A stretch of 64,000 nucleotides of DNA from Mycobacteriales bacterium (GCA_035690365.1 DASSKP010000048.1:10077-74076), one strand, 5' to 3'; counted from the stretch's first letter, positions 9,239 through 17,501 are shown. Numbers and translations: made by a program. The notes: generated from the letters alone by a model not told the origin.

Positions 9239-10400
9239 CGACATCGCCGACGACCACGACGGCCGGAGGCACGACGTCCGACCGGCTCGCGACCTCGGCG
9301 ATGTCGGCGAGAGTGCCGCGCACGACCCGTTGCTGCGGCATGGACGCGTTCTCCACGACGGCGACCGGTGTCGTCGCGGCGCGCCCGCCGGCGACGAGCG
9401 CATCGGCAATGGGACCGAGGTTGGCCACCGCCATGAGCAACAACAGTGTGCCGGTGTCGCGGGCGAGCAGCTCCCAGTCGACACTCGACCTGCGGTCCGC
9501 CGGCGGGACGTGACCGCTCGCAACGGTGAAGTGCTGCGTCATTCCCCGGCGGGTGAGCGGGATGCCGGCGAGCGTGGGGGCCGACGTGACGCTGCTCACG
9601 CCGGGGATCACCTCGACAGGTACGCCGGCCTCGAGGCAGGCGGCGACCTCCTCGGTGCCGCGCCCGAGCACGAACGGATCGCCGCCCTTGAGCCGGACGA
9701 CATGCTCCCCGGCGAGTGCGCGCTGCACCAGCAGCGCGTTGATGTCGTCCTGCGACGCGGCATGCCCGCGCGGGTCCTTGCCGACATCGACGACCTCGAC
9801 GTCGCCGGGCAGTGACATCGCGAGATCCGTCGGGGCGAGCCGGTCGGCCACGACGACATCGGCATCAAGCAGCGCGCGGTAGCCGGCGAGGGTCAGCAGC
9901 CCCGGGTCGCCCGGCCCGCCGCCGACCAGCGTCACCTTTCCGTCGCCGCGGCGGGCCCGGCGGGCGACGAGGTCACCGGACTCGAGCGCCCGGCGGACGC
10001 CGTCACGGACCGCTGTCGCCCGGCCGGGGTCTCCCGACGCACTGACCGCGATCTGGACGCCGTCGACCTCTGCTCGCGCAGCCGTCCATGCCGGCGACCA
10101 GTCCGCGTCGTCGGCGCGCACGCACCAGACGCCCCGGGCCGCGGCGGCCTCGGCGACCGCCTCGTTGACCGCCGGGTCATCGGTGCAGGCGAACGCGAGC
10201 ACACATCCTTCGACGTCCTCGGCGGTGAATGGACGGCGTACGACGTCCACGTCTCCCAGCTCGCCGGACGAAGCAGGGTCGACGACGAGCACCTGAGCAC
10301 CGCTCTCGAGCAGCCCGCGGACCCGGCGGCTGCCGACGTGGCCGCCACCGACGACGACCACGCGGCGACCTCGCAGGTCGAGGAACAGCGGGTAGCGCAT
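9201..10400 (-). CDS. cysG: Siroheme synthase-like bifunctional protein (precorrin-2 dehydrogenase/ferrochelatase domain + uroporphyrinogen-III C-methyltransferase domain)
   Basis: Start at ATG 10398-10400 (MRYPLFLDLRGRRVVVVGGGHVG..., Rossmann CysG-B type). C-terminal half has VTLVGGGPGDPGLLTL... of SUMT/CobA. The 41 upstream codons of the ORF are discarded. Confidence 0.75.
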   Translation of the reverse strand: MRYPLFLDLRGRRVVVVGGGHVGSRRVRGLLESGAQVLVVDPASSGELGDVDVVRRPFTAEDVEGCVLAFACTDDPAVNEAVAEAAAARGVWCVRADDADWSPAWTAARAEVDGVQIAVSASGDPGRATAVRDGVRRALESGDLVARRARRGDGKVTLVGGGPGDPGLLTLAGYRALLDADVVVADRLAPTDLAMSLPGDVEVVDVGKDPRGHAASQDDINALLVQRALAGEHVVRLKGGDPFVLGRGTEEVAACLEAGVPVEVIPGVSSVTSAPTLAGIPLTRRGMTQHFTVASGHVPPADRRSSVDWELLARDTGTLLLLMAVANLGPIADALVAGGRAATTPVAVVENASMPQQRVVRGTLADIAEVASRSDVVPPAVVVVGDVVSDLPDAAAGRP

Positions 10401-10450
10401 GGCGTCATGCTCGCAGGCCCGGGTCGGGCGGCCGGTAACGTCGACCGCTC

Positions 10451-11557
10451 GTGGGGACTTCGACGGCTCGGCATAGGCACGCGGTGCTGCTTCCCGGGTC
10501 GATCGGGTCGGGTCATCTCGCACTTGCCGAGGCGGTCGCGGAGGACCTGACCAACCGCGGCTGGACCACCGAGAACGCCGACGTCATGGCCCTGCTCGGC
10601 GGCGTCGGGCAGCGGCTCGGCGAGCAAGTGTTCCGCGGGCTGCTGTCGGCTCCGGGCGCATTCGACGCGCTGCACTTCGCTGGGTTGCGGCAGGGCTCCG
10701 CGGTGGCTCGCTGGCTGGACGAGCGCGCGGTCGGGCGGATCGTCCCGCGGCTGCGACCGGTGCTGCAGGCGGCTGAGCCCGCGCTGGTGGTGAGCCTCTT
10801 CGCCACGGCGGCATCAGCCATGAGCCGCCTCAAGCCGGAGCTGCCGGCGGTGCGCACGCTGACCGTGTGCAGTGACTTCGACCCACATCACCTCTGGGTC
10901 CACCCGGGCACCGACTGCTACATCGTGAAGTCGGCGGCGTCCGCGGCGTTCGTGCGGCGGTTCGACCCGGACGCGACCATTGTCGTGGCCCCCGCCCCGG
11001 TGCGCACGGAGTTCTACGCCGCCCCGTCCCGCGCCGAGGCCCGGACCCGGCTGAACCTCGCGGACGACGAGCCGTGCGTCCTGCTCATGGCCGGCGGGTG
11101 GGGACTCGGCCCGCTCGTCAGCAGCGCGCGGGCACTCGCGACCGCCGGAGTGCAGACGCTGGCCGTCGCAGGACACAACCGGCGCGTAGAAGGAGAGCTG
11201 CGGGAGTTGGAGACGACCGACCGAAGGGTGCACGCCTTCGGCTTCACCGACCGCGTTCCCGAGCTGATGGCTGCCGCGGACATCGTCGTCACGACCTCCG
11301 GTGACACGTGCGGCGAGGCGCGCGTCGTCGGCCGGCGGCTGGTGCTGCTGGATGTGGTCGCCGGGCACGGCCGGGAGAACCTGCAGCACGAGCTCGAGCT
11401 CGGCGCCGCTGTCGTCGCGTCGACGCAACCCGCGTTGTTGACCGGTGTCGTGCTGCGCGCGCTGAGCCAGGGCAGTGACCCACCGCCCGACACGAAGCGC
11501 CGCGAGGCCTGGCATAACGGGATGGAAGAGGCGCTTGGGGCAATGCACTGGGGCTGA
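10451..11557 (+). CDS. Glycosyltransferase, MGDG-synthase/GT28-like
   Basis: 368 aa. N-terminal GSIGSGH and C-terminal ...ADIVVTTSGDTCGEA... resemble the UgtP/MGDG-synthase family. The start is uncertain (GTG 10451, or GTG 10484 just before VLLPGS). Confidence 0.55.
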   Translation: MGTSTARHRHAVLLPGSIGSGHLALAEAVAEDLTNRGWTTENADVMALLGGVGQRLGEQVFRGLLSAPGAFDALHFAGLRQGSAVARWLDERAVGRIVPRLRPVLQAAEPALVVSLFATAASAMSRLKPELPAVRTLTVCSDFDPHHLWVHPGTDCYIVKSAASAAFVRRFDPDATIVVAPAPVRTEFYAAPSRAEARTRLNLADDEPCVLLMAGGWGLGPLVSSARALATAGVQTLAVAGHNRRVEGELRELETTDRRVHAFGFTDRVPELMAAADIVVTTSGDTCGEARVVGRRLVLLDVVAGHGRENLQHELELGAAVVASTQPALLTGVVLRALSQGSDPPPDTKRREAWHNGMEEALGAMHWG

Positions 11558-11664
11558 GTGCGGCGCGTCGTTGGCAATCGCACGTGAACCTTGATGTGCT
11601 GTCGTTCGAACAACTTCGGGCGCGTACCGTTGTCGCCCACCCACTCAAGGCGCGGGGGCTTTGC

Positions 11665-12099
11665 ATGGCGGAGCAGGCGGCGCGGTCGGTGCGGCTGCCA
11701 CCGACGGCGCGATCGACGACGCAGGCTCGTCGGTTCGTGCTCTCAGCTCTGTCCGAGTGGGGCCTCGACGCCCTGCGCGACCCGGCTGGTCTGCTCACGA
11801 GTGAGGTCGTCACCAACTCCGTGCTGCACGCCCGCACCGACGTGGAGGTCAGCATCGGCCGCCTCGACGACGGCGTCGTCATCGAGGTGACCGACGGGTC
11901 CCGTCGCGCGCCAGTGCGTCGACTGCAGATCAACGAGGCGACGACCGGTCGCGGCGTCGAGCTGCTGGAGCAGCTCGCGGCGTCGTGGGGCGTCACGCTG
12001 CACGACGACGGCAAGACGGTGCGGTTCACGTTGTCCGAAGCAGTCGATCCGTGGGCTGCCTACACGGGGGCCGAGTGGGCCCAGGGGCTGCAGTCGTGA
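11665..12099 (+). CDS. ATP-binding protein, RsbW/SpoIIAB-like anti-sigma factor serine kinase (HATPase_c_2)
   Basis: ATG 11665. ARRFV...W..., EVVTNSVLHA (N-box-like) and TGRGVELLEQLAASWGV (G-box-like) fit the small HATPase anti-sigma kinases. Confidence 0.65.
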   Translation: MAEQAARSVRLPPTARSTTQARRFVLSALSEWGLDALRDPAGLLTSEVVTNSVLHARTDVEVSIGRLDDGVVIEVTDGSRRAPVRRLQINEATTGRGVELLEQLAASWGVTLHDDGKTVRFTLSEAVDPWAAYTGAEWAQGLQS

Positions 12100-12614
12100 G
12101 CGGCTCCCAGCCGTCGCCGTTCGGACGTTACGACGACTCGACGGGCGACGAGACGATGCACGAGGTGCGTCTCATCAACATGCCCGTGCGCCTGCTCGCT
12201 GCGGGACGCCAGCACCACGACGAGCTAATGCACGAGTTCGCCGTCCTCGCTGTGTCCCTCGAGGACAGGGGGTCCGTCCCGGCGCGGATGCTCGAGATGA
12301 TCGACACGCTGGGCACACGCTACGGACGCGCATCCGACCGACCGGACGCGCTGGTCGACGAGGCCATCGCCCGCGGGGACGAGACCATCGACCTCACCTA
12401 TCAGGTGCCCACGCACGTCGTCGATGCCGCAGACGCGCTCGAACGGATGATGGACGAGGCCGACGAGTTCTGCCGCAACGAGCAGATGCTCACGCTGGGC
12501 CGCAGTGACGTGCAGAAGCGGTTCGCCAAGTGGTACCTCGAGGAGTTCCGCCGGCAGGTTGCCGGGCAGCCGCCGCAGCCGTGGGACGGGCCGCTCGACG
12601 AGCCGACGCACTAG
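12096..12614 (+). CDS. Hypothetical helical protein translationally coupled to the RsbW-like gene
   Basis: GTG 12096 overlaps the upstream stop (GTGA). 172 aa with high GC3 and no motif I recognise. An internal ATG (MHEVRLINMP...) is an alternative start. Confidence 0.5.
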   Translation: MSGSQPSPFGRYDDSTGDETMHEVRLINMPVRLLAAGRQHHDELMHEFAVLAVSLEDRGSVPARMLEMIDTLGTRYGRASDRPDALVDEAIARGDETIDLTYQVPTHVVDAADALERMMDEADEFCRNEQMLTLGRSDVQKRFAKWYLEEFRRQVAGQPPQPWDGPLDEPTH

Positions 12615-12713
12615 GTCTCGTCGGCCGTCCTTCAGGGAGCGGGCCCTTCCGGCACCACAGCTCGCCGCTGAACTCCAGCCGCACCCTGCGGCGTCCCCCG
12701 GTCGCGTCCGGCG

Positions 12714-13199
12714 TCAGTCGCTGGGGTGGCGCTCTTCGCGAGCGGTCTCGCGCGCCTTCCGGGCGACGTCACGGTCCTGCTCGGCGGCCAGCCGGTCGAC
12801 GGCGGAGTCGAACCGGTCGTCCGACGACTTCTCCCGCCGGTCGGCGCCGGCACCGGTGCGGTCGACGAAGACTGCGCGGTCGGCCGCCGAGGCGTCGCGA
12901 TCCCGACCCGAGTGGATGCGGTCGATGGCCGACTGTTCGTGGCTGGTGGAAGGGTCGCGGCGCTCGGCGGCTCTGTCCCGCGCCTCGGCCCGCAGGTCTC
13001 TCTCGTCAGCAGCGTCGATCAGGCGTCGTACCTGCTCGTCGCGAGAGGCGGCGAGCTCATCACGCTCGTCGGCGACGCGGTCCCTTTCGTCCGCGACGCG
13101 GTCGCGCTCGTCCGCGATGCGGTCTCTCTCGTCCGCTATTCGGTCGCGCTCGTCCGCCATCGAAACCCTTTGCTGATCGGATGGCTTCACACCGGCCAT
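12714..13199 (-). CDS. Acidic/basic low-complexity protein built from ADERDR[IV] heptad repeats
   Basis: 161 aa counted from ATG 13197-13199; ATG 13158-13160 is an alternative start. MADERDRIADERDRIADERDRVADERDRVADERDELAASRDEQ... continues as degenerate RD/ERD repeats to the C-terminus, with high GC3. Confidence 0.55.
   Translation of the reverse strand: MAGVKPSDQQRVSMADERDRIADERDRIADERDRVADERDRVADERDELAASRDEQVRRLIDAADERDLRAEARDRAAERRDPSTSHEQSAIDRIHSGRDRDASAADRAVFVDRTGAGADRREKSSDDRFDSAVDRLAAEQDRDVARKARETAREERHPSD
13065..13160 (-). repeat. About 4.5 tandem copies of a 21-bp unit (plus-strand consensus CTCGTCCGCGAYGCGGTCNCK) inside the repeat-protein gene
   Basis: Read directly. Units begin at 13065, 13086, 13107, 13128 and 13149. 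They encode the ADERDR[IV] heptads. Confidence 0.85.
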
Positions 13200-13296
13200 C
13201 GTTCCCACCCCGCACAGTCCCAATGCCGGCGGAAACTTTTCCAGCCGGGCTGCCCGAGCGTCAATCGAACAGTCTCTACCCGCTGGCCGGCATGTT

Positions 13297-14196
13297 CTAC
13301 CTCGCTCGCACCAGGTTACGCGCGAGATTCGCGACGCCGCTCCTGACGGGATGCGGACATTCTGTGGCGAGTCGGTCAAGGGCGGCCTGCATCAGGGTGA
13401 CGACCTCGTCGTAGCAGGCCTCGACCACGGTGGGGTCCGCTGCCGACTCGGGCGCAAGGCCACTCCAGTCCAGCGGCGGCAGGAACTCGACCGTGATCCT
13501 CGTCGGCAGCGGCGGCGGAGGGATCACCGGGATCACGCCGAGCGGTCCCAGCAACAGCGGGAAGACGTTGACCCGAACACCGTCGAGGTGGAGGGCGTGC
13601 GCAAAGGGCTCACCACGCGCGAGGACGACCATGCCGTGATGGGCGCCGTGCGCGACAACGGGCACGACGGGAACGCCCGCCTCGAGAGCCAGCCGCACGA
13701 ACCCGCGATGCGTGCCGAACGCTATGCGGTCCCGTTCCGACCACGGGCGACAGGCGTCATGGTCACCGCCGGGGAACACGACGACGGCGGCTCCGCCGGC
13801 CAACGCCGCCAGCGCAGTCTCGTTGTCAGCCGGCATGAGACCGAGCCGACGGATCAGCGGGCCGACGACGGGGATCGTGAACAGCAGGTCGTAGGCGAGC
13901 CCGTAGCTCGAAGCATCGACACCGCGTCGCTCGAGCACCGCCTCGGCCACCACGGCGGCATCGGGCATGTAGACCATGCACGAGTGGTTGCTCACCACCA
14001 GGGCCGGCCCGGTCGCGGGCAGGTTCTCGATGTGGCGGACGTCCGGAGAGAACAAGGCCGTCACACGGCGCAGGACGGACAGGTACGTCGACACCAGACC
14101 CACATCGCGGGGCGGTGCGCTCGCGGCGTGCACGTCGACGATCCGCCGCGCGAGCGGCTCGAGAACCCGTGGCGCGCGGTGTGCGGTTGCGCTCAC
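13297..14196 (-). CDS. Lysophospholipid/1-acyl-glycerol-3-phosphate acyltransferase-family protein
   Basis: GTG 14194-14196 preceded by AAGGAG. VVSNHSCMVYMPD (variant NHx4D block) and VVVFPGG blocks resemble PlsC-type acyltransferases. Confidence 0.6.
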   Translation of the reverse strand: MSATAHRAPRVLEPLARRIVDVHAASAPPRDVGLVSTYLSVLRRVTALFSPDVRHIENLPATGPALVVSNHSCMVYMPDAAVVAEAVLERRGVDASSYGLAYDLLFTIPVVGPLIRRLGLMPADNETALAALAGGAAVVVFPGGDHDACRPWSERDRIAFGTHRGFVRLALEAGVPVVPVVAHGAHHGMVVLARGEPFAHALHLDGVRVNVFPLLLGPLGVIPVIPPPPLPTRITVEFLPPLDWSGLAPESAADPTVVEACYDEVVTLMQAALDRLATECPHPVRSGVANLARNLVRAR

Positions 14197-14273
14197 GACT
14201 CCTTTGTCCCCCTCAGCAGTCGCCGGCGAAAGGGTCTTTCGACCCCGTGCATCGGTGGCCCTTGTCGAGAACG

Positions 14274-15056
14274 ATGGCAACGATGCACGACCTCGAGCTG
14301 CGGACCACGGAGCCGCCGGTCACCCGGCCGACGCGGCGACGTTGGCTGCGATGGGTGCTCGCGGTCAGCGTGCTCGTCTTGGTGGCCGGCGGCGGCTTCT
14401 ACTGGTGGCTGCAACGCCCACCCGCGCCCGTCTCCGTGAGCCAGGTCATCGACAAGTTCCGCAGCGCACAGCCCCTCCCCGGCGGCGCGGCCGGTGGGGG
14501 TCCAGCAACCGGGGTCTACGTCTACGCCACCACGGGTGGCGAACGCATCAGCATCGGGATCAAGCACCACTACCCGGCGCGGACGACGCTCACGGTGACG
14601 TCCAGCGACTGCGGGCTGGACCTGCGGTGGGACGCACTGGCGGGACGCTGGTCCCGCTGGCAGATGTGCCATGACTCGGCGGGGTGGCGGCTGGTGCACT
14701 ACACCGACGCGCACAAGTTCTCCTACATGCAGGACATGAAGGACTACGCGTGCAGCGGCTACCCCAGCGTCGTCTGCCGGGCGAGTGACGGCGTCCTGAC
14801 ATCGACGGTGCAGATGGCGGGGTCCGAGTCGATGACTCTCGACGGCGCGAGCGTCCGCGTCTCACACCTGCGAATCATGCAGACGGCGACCGGCAAGTCG
14901 GTCAGCAACGGCACCGTGGACGTGTGGGTGCTTCCGTCCGGCCTGCCGGCAAAGCTTGTGATCCGCGACCACGGCTACTCCGTCGTACTCGGATCGCACA
15001 TCGACTACAACGAGTCGGCGACGCTGCGCCTGACGACGGCCAACCCGCGCCGCTGA
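14274..15056 (+). CDS. Membrane-anchored hypothetical protein
   Basis: ATG 14274. N-terminal basic stretch, then one TM helix (WLRWVLAVSVLVLVAGGGFYWW) and a roughly 210-aa Cys-containing extracytoplasmic domain. High GC3. Confidence 0.5.
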   Translation: MATMHDLELRTTEPPVTRPTRRRWLRWVLAVSVLVLVAGGGFYWWLQRPPAPVSVSQVIDKFRSAQPLPGGAAGGGPATGVYVYATTGGERISIGIKHHYPARTTLTVTSSDCGLDLRWDALAGRWSRWQMCHDSAGWRLVHYTDAHKFSYMQDMKDYACSGYPSVVCRASDGVLTSTVQMAGSESMTLDGASVRVSHLRIMQTATGKSVSNGTVDVWVLPSGLPAKLVIRDHGYSVVLGSHIDYNESATLRLTTANPRR

Positions 15057-15072
15057 GCGGATGCCGCGGTCC

Positions 15073-16371
15073 CTAACCAGCAGCCGGCACGACCCGTCGC
15101 CACGTCGTACCCCCGTCGACGCTGCGCATGAGTTGCGTCGTCGTCCCTGACGGCACCCGGACTTCTGTGACTGCCCACGCGAGCGACGGCGTGAGGGCCC
15201 ACAAGGACACGGCGCGGTCGGCCGCAGGAAGCGTTGCGGCGTGGTGGGTCCAGCGAATCCCGGCGTCAGTGGTGCGCCACGTCGCGTACCCGCCGCTGAC
15301 GCGTGAGAGGAGCCACCAGTCCGACGGAGCGGCGATCGAAGTCAACGTGCACGTCACGGCACAGCGGCTCGTTCCGGCGCCTTCGTCGGGCAGCGTGAGG
15401 CTCGACGCGATCGACCACGTCGCGCCGGCATCCGTCGTCCTGTCGAAGCTGATCGTGGTCCGCGCGCCGCGCCGCCCGGCGCCCGGCAGCACTCCGTTGG
15501 ACCCATCGAAGAACGTCGGCAGACCGAGGACGCAGGTCGGAGCCCTGCCCCGTTCGCAGGGGGACCCTCCGGCAAGCGGTGGGCGCATGGTCGACCACGT
15601 GCGACCGCCATCGCTCGTCTCGAACAGCTGACCCGTCGTCTCGTAGGGGAAGTCGGGCAGCGACACGACGTCGGCCGCGAACCCGTGCTCGGCGGAGACA
15701 AACGTGACCGGCCGCTCGAACGGGCCGAACGGATGCCCTCGCTTCTGGCGGGTCCACCCGTCGTACACCGTCGTCCAGTGCCCGCCCGAGTCCCGCGTGA
15801 TCGACAGGTGGACAACCGGCCCGGCCGGATCGAGCTCCTGTCGGTACGCGGTGCTGGGGCTCAGCAGCTGGAACCGCGCGGTCGCCCCGGCGTGGGCGCC
15901 GTGTCCGCCCGCGCGCCTACGACTCCAGTGACGACCGGCGTCCCGGGTGCGGTAGACGACCACGGACAGGTCACCGACGTCCCACGTGCTCACCCAGCCC
16001 GTGCTCGCGTCGACGAAAGAGGCGTCCTCGAAGATGGGGTGCTCGCCGGGAAGCCGGCCGCGGCCTGAGTTCGGTGGCGTGACGTCCAGCCATCGGTGCA
16101 TGTCCGTGGTGAGCCAGAGGCGGGCTCCGCCCGTGCCCTGGTTTCCGCAGCAGTCGGGGCTCACGCCGACTACCCCCAGTCCCGGGCGGAAATACGCGAG
16201 CGTCACGGCCGGCTCACGATGCGGACCGGCCGTCGGAGACGCCGACCCCGAGGTCGCCGCGGGCGTACTGCTGATCTTGCCGGTCGGAGCGGCCACCCGT
16301 GCCGGAGTGCCGGAACACGAGAGCGTCAGCACCAGGCACAGGAGTGCAGGCACCGAGTGCCGCACGTTCAT
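15073..16371 (-). CDS. Secreted (possibly lipid-anchored) BNR/Ycf48-like beta-propeller repeat protein
   Basis: ATG 16369-16371 with GGAGG upstream. Signal peptide MNVRHSVPALLCLVLTLSCSG. Repeated D-x-G-x-x-W motifs (DAGRHW, DSGGHW, DGGRTW, DAGATW, DAGIRW, DGGTTW). Confidence 0.65.
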   Translation of the reverse strand: MNVRHSVPALLCLVLTLSCSGTPARVAAPTGKISSTPAATSGSASPTAGPHREPAVTLAYFRPGLGVVGVSPDCCGNQGTGGARLWLTTDMHRWLDVTPPNSGRGRLPGEHPIFEDASFVDASTGWVSTWDVGDLSVVVYRTRDAGRHWSRRRAGGHGAHAGATARFQLLSPSTAYRQELDPAGPVVHLSITRDSGGHWTTVYDGWTRQKRGHPFGPFERPVTFVSAEHGFAADVVSLPDFPYETTGQLFETSDGGRTWSTMRPPLAGGSPCERGRAPTCVLGLPTFFDGSNGVLPGAGRRGARTTISFDRTTDAGATWSIASSLTLPDEGAGTSRCAVTCTLTSIAAPSDWWLLSRVSGGYATWRTTDAGIRWTHHAATLPAADRAVSLWALTPSLAWAVTEVRVPSGTTTQLMRSVDGGTTWRRVVPAAG

Positions 16372-16836
16372 GAGGCCCGCCTCCAGGTTGCCGATGACGA
16401 CATCACGCGCAAAGGCCCTGCGTCGTTGCCCGGTCCGCAAGAACGACATCTCTCGCAATAGCTGCGCGTCCGGGACCGGCGAAGGGTCCTTCGGCCCTGT
16501 CCGTGCACTGGCAACCAGCGCATCCTGGCTCGATGGGGTCCACGCCAGGTCTTGCCGTGTCCATCCGTCGCGACGGAGTGAGCGTCGGAACATGTACGGG
16601 GCCCGACGAGAGCGGTCAATGCGCCGTCGCCACCGACCACGTCGTCGCGCCATGCGCGGGTGCTGAGCTCCACGTGTCGACTGCGCCTGACGACCTCTGG
16701 GTCTTCACCGTGCCCACTCGCACAGCCGTCTGTCCACTCGCCTGGCTGCTGACCGCACCCGGACGCGCCGCAGCCCACTGCCTTCAAAGCTCATCGTCCG
16801 CGACGCGGCGGGCGACGCGCATCGGGCGATGGTCAG

Positions 16837-16931
16837 TGGCGGAGGCGGATGGGAATCGAACCCACCAGCGACAGTGACTGCCGCTCAACGGTTTTGAAGA
16901 CCGCGCCGCCCACCAGGACGAGTACGCCTCC
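16837..16931 (-). tRNA. selC: tRNA-Sec (anticodon UCA)
   Basis: Reverse complement reads GGAGGCGT-AC-TCGTCC-TGGT-GGGCGG-C-GCGGT-CTTCAAA-ACCGT-...GCGGCAG-TCA-CTGTCGC...-GTGGG-TTCGATT-CCCAT-CCGCCTCC-G-CCA. Features: 6-bp D stem with 4-nt loop, anticodon loop CU-UCA-AA, about 7-bp long variable arm, TTCGATT T-loop, encoded CCA. Total 95 nt. Confidence 0.88.
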
Positions 16932-16950
16932 GACCCCATCCCATCATGTC

Positions 16951-17007
16951 GAGTGCGACGAACGCGTCCCGATCACATGGCGCGATAGGGCTTCGTTCGT
17001 CGCACTC
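16951..17007. repeat. Perfect 14-bp inverted repeat (GAGTGCGACGAACG ... CGTTCGTCGCACTC) with 29-nt spacer between the STAS gene stop and selC
   Basis: Read directly. Arms at 16951-16964 and 16994-17007. On the minus-strand transcript the hairpin ends about 20 nt before the tRNA 5' end. Confidence 0.8.
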
Positions 17008-17022
17008 AGCGCGGAAGAGCTG

Positions 17023-17397
17023 TCAGGAATGGAGCATGTCGATCGTGCCGGCGGCCTGAAGGAGACGTACGACGGCCCGCGGCGCATTCGAGATGCGCAT
17101 CGACCGGCCCTGCGGGATCAGCTTCGCGGCGGCCCGCTCCAGCTGCCGGAGACCGGAGCCGTCCATGAACGTCACGCCGGTCATGTCCACGACGACGTCT
17201 GTGCCCTTGGCGCACGCAAGCTCGAGCGCCTCGCGGAGCCCGTCCGAGGTCGCGACGTCGAACTCCCCCGACGTCAGCACCGTCGTGACGCCGCCGAACG
17301 TCAGCACGCTGGCGGACCCGGTCAGCGGACCGGTCTCGGTCCCGGAGCCAGGAGCATGCGTGGACATGACATCAGAGTGCCACCGCTGACCCGCCAT
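17023..17397 (-). CDS. STAS-domain anti-sigma-factor antagonist (SpoIIAA/RsbV-like)
   Basis: 124 aa. ...VLTSGEFDVATSDGLREAL...VVVDMTGVTFMDGSGLRQL... fits the STAS fold with the conserved DxSG-type phosphorylatable Ser region. GAGG lies upstream of ATG 17397. Confidence 0.75.
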   Translation of the reverse strand: MAGQRWHSDVMSTHAPGSGTETGPLTGSASVLTFGGVTTVLTSGEFDVATSDGLREALELACAKGTDVVVDMTGVTFMDGSGLRQLERAAAKLIPQGRSMRISNAPRAVVRLLQAAGTIDMLHS

Positions 17398-17501
17398 GAA
17401 TGCCTCATCGCTAACAAACCGCCCAGGAATGGTCAGGCCGGACTACCGTCCCTCCCGCCCCGGGCCAGCAACGGCCGTTACCCACGGCATAGCGTCGGGT
17501 C

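Noticed and set aside
13065-13160. CRISPR-like or minisatellite array
   Set aside because: The 21-bp units are contiguous with no spacers, are in frame and encode the heptad repeat of an ORF with good codon bias. No cas genes are present. It is a coding tandem repeat, not a CRISPR.
16951-17007. LexA/SOS box (GAAC-N4-GTTC type) within the 14-bp inverted repeat
   Set aside because: The GAAC and GTTC half-sites are about 30 nt apart rather than 4, so it does not fit the actinobacterial SOS-box geometry. It is kept only as an inverted repeat.
16372-17022. Integrated mobile element at tRNA-Sec
   Set aside because: There is no integrase, excisionase or transposase ORF. I could find no direct repeat of the tRNA 3' end nearby. 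The flanking genes are ordinary and share the local composition.
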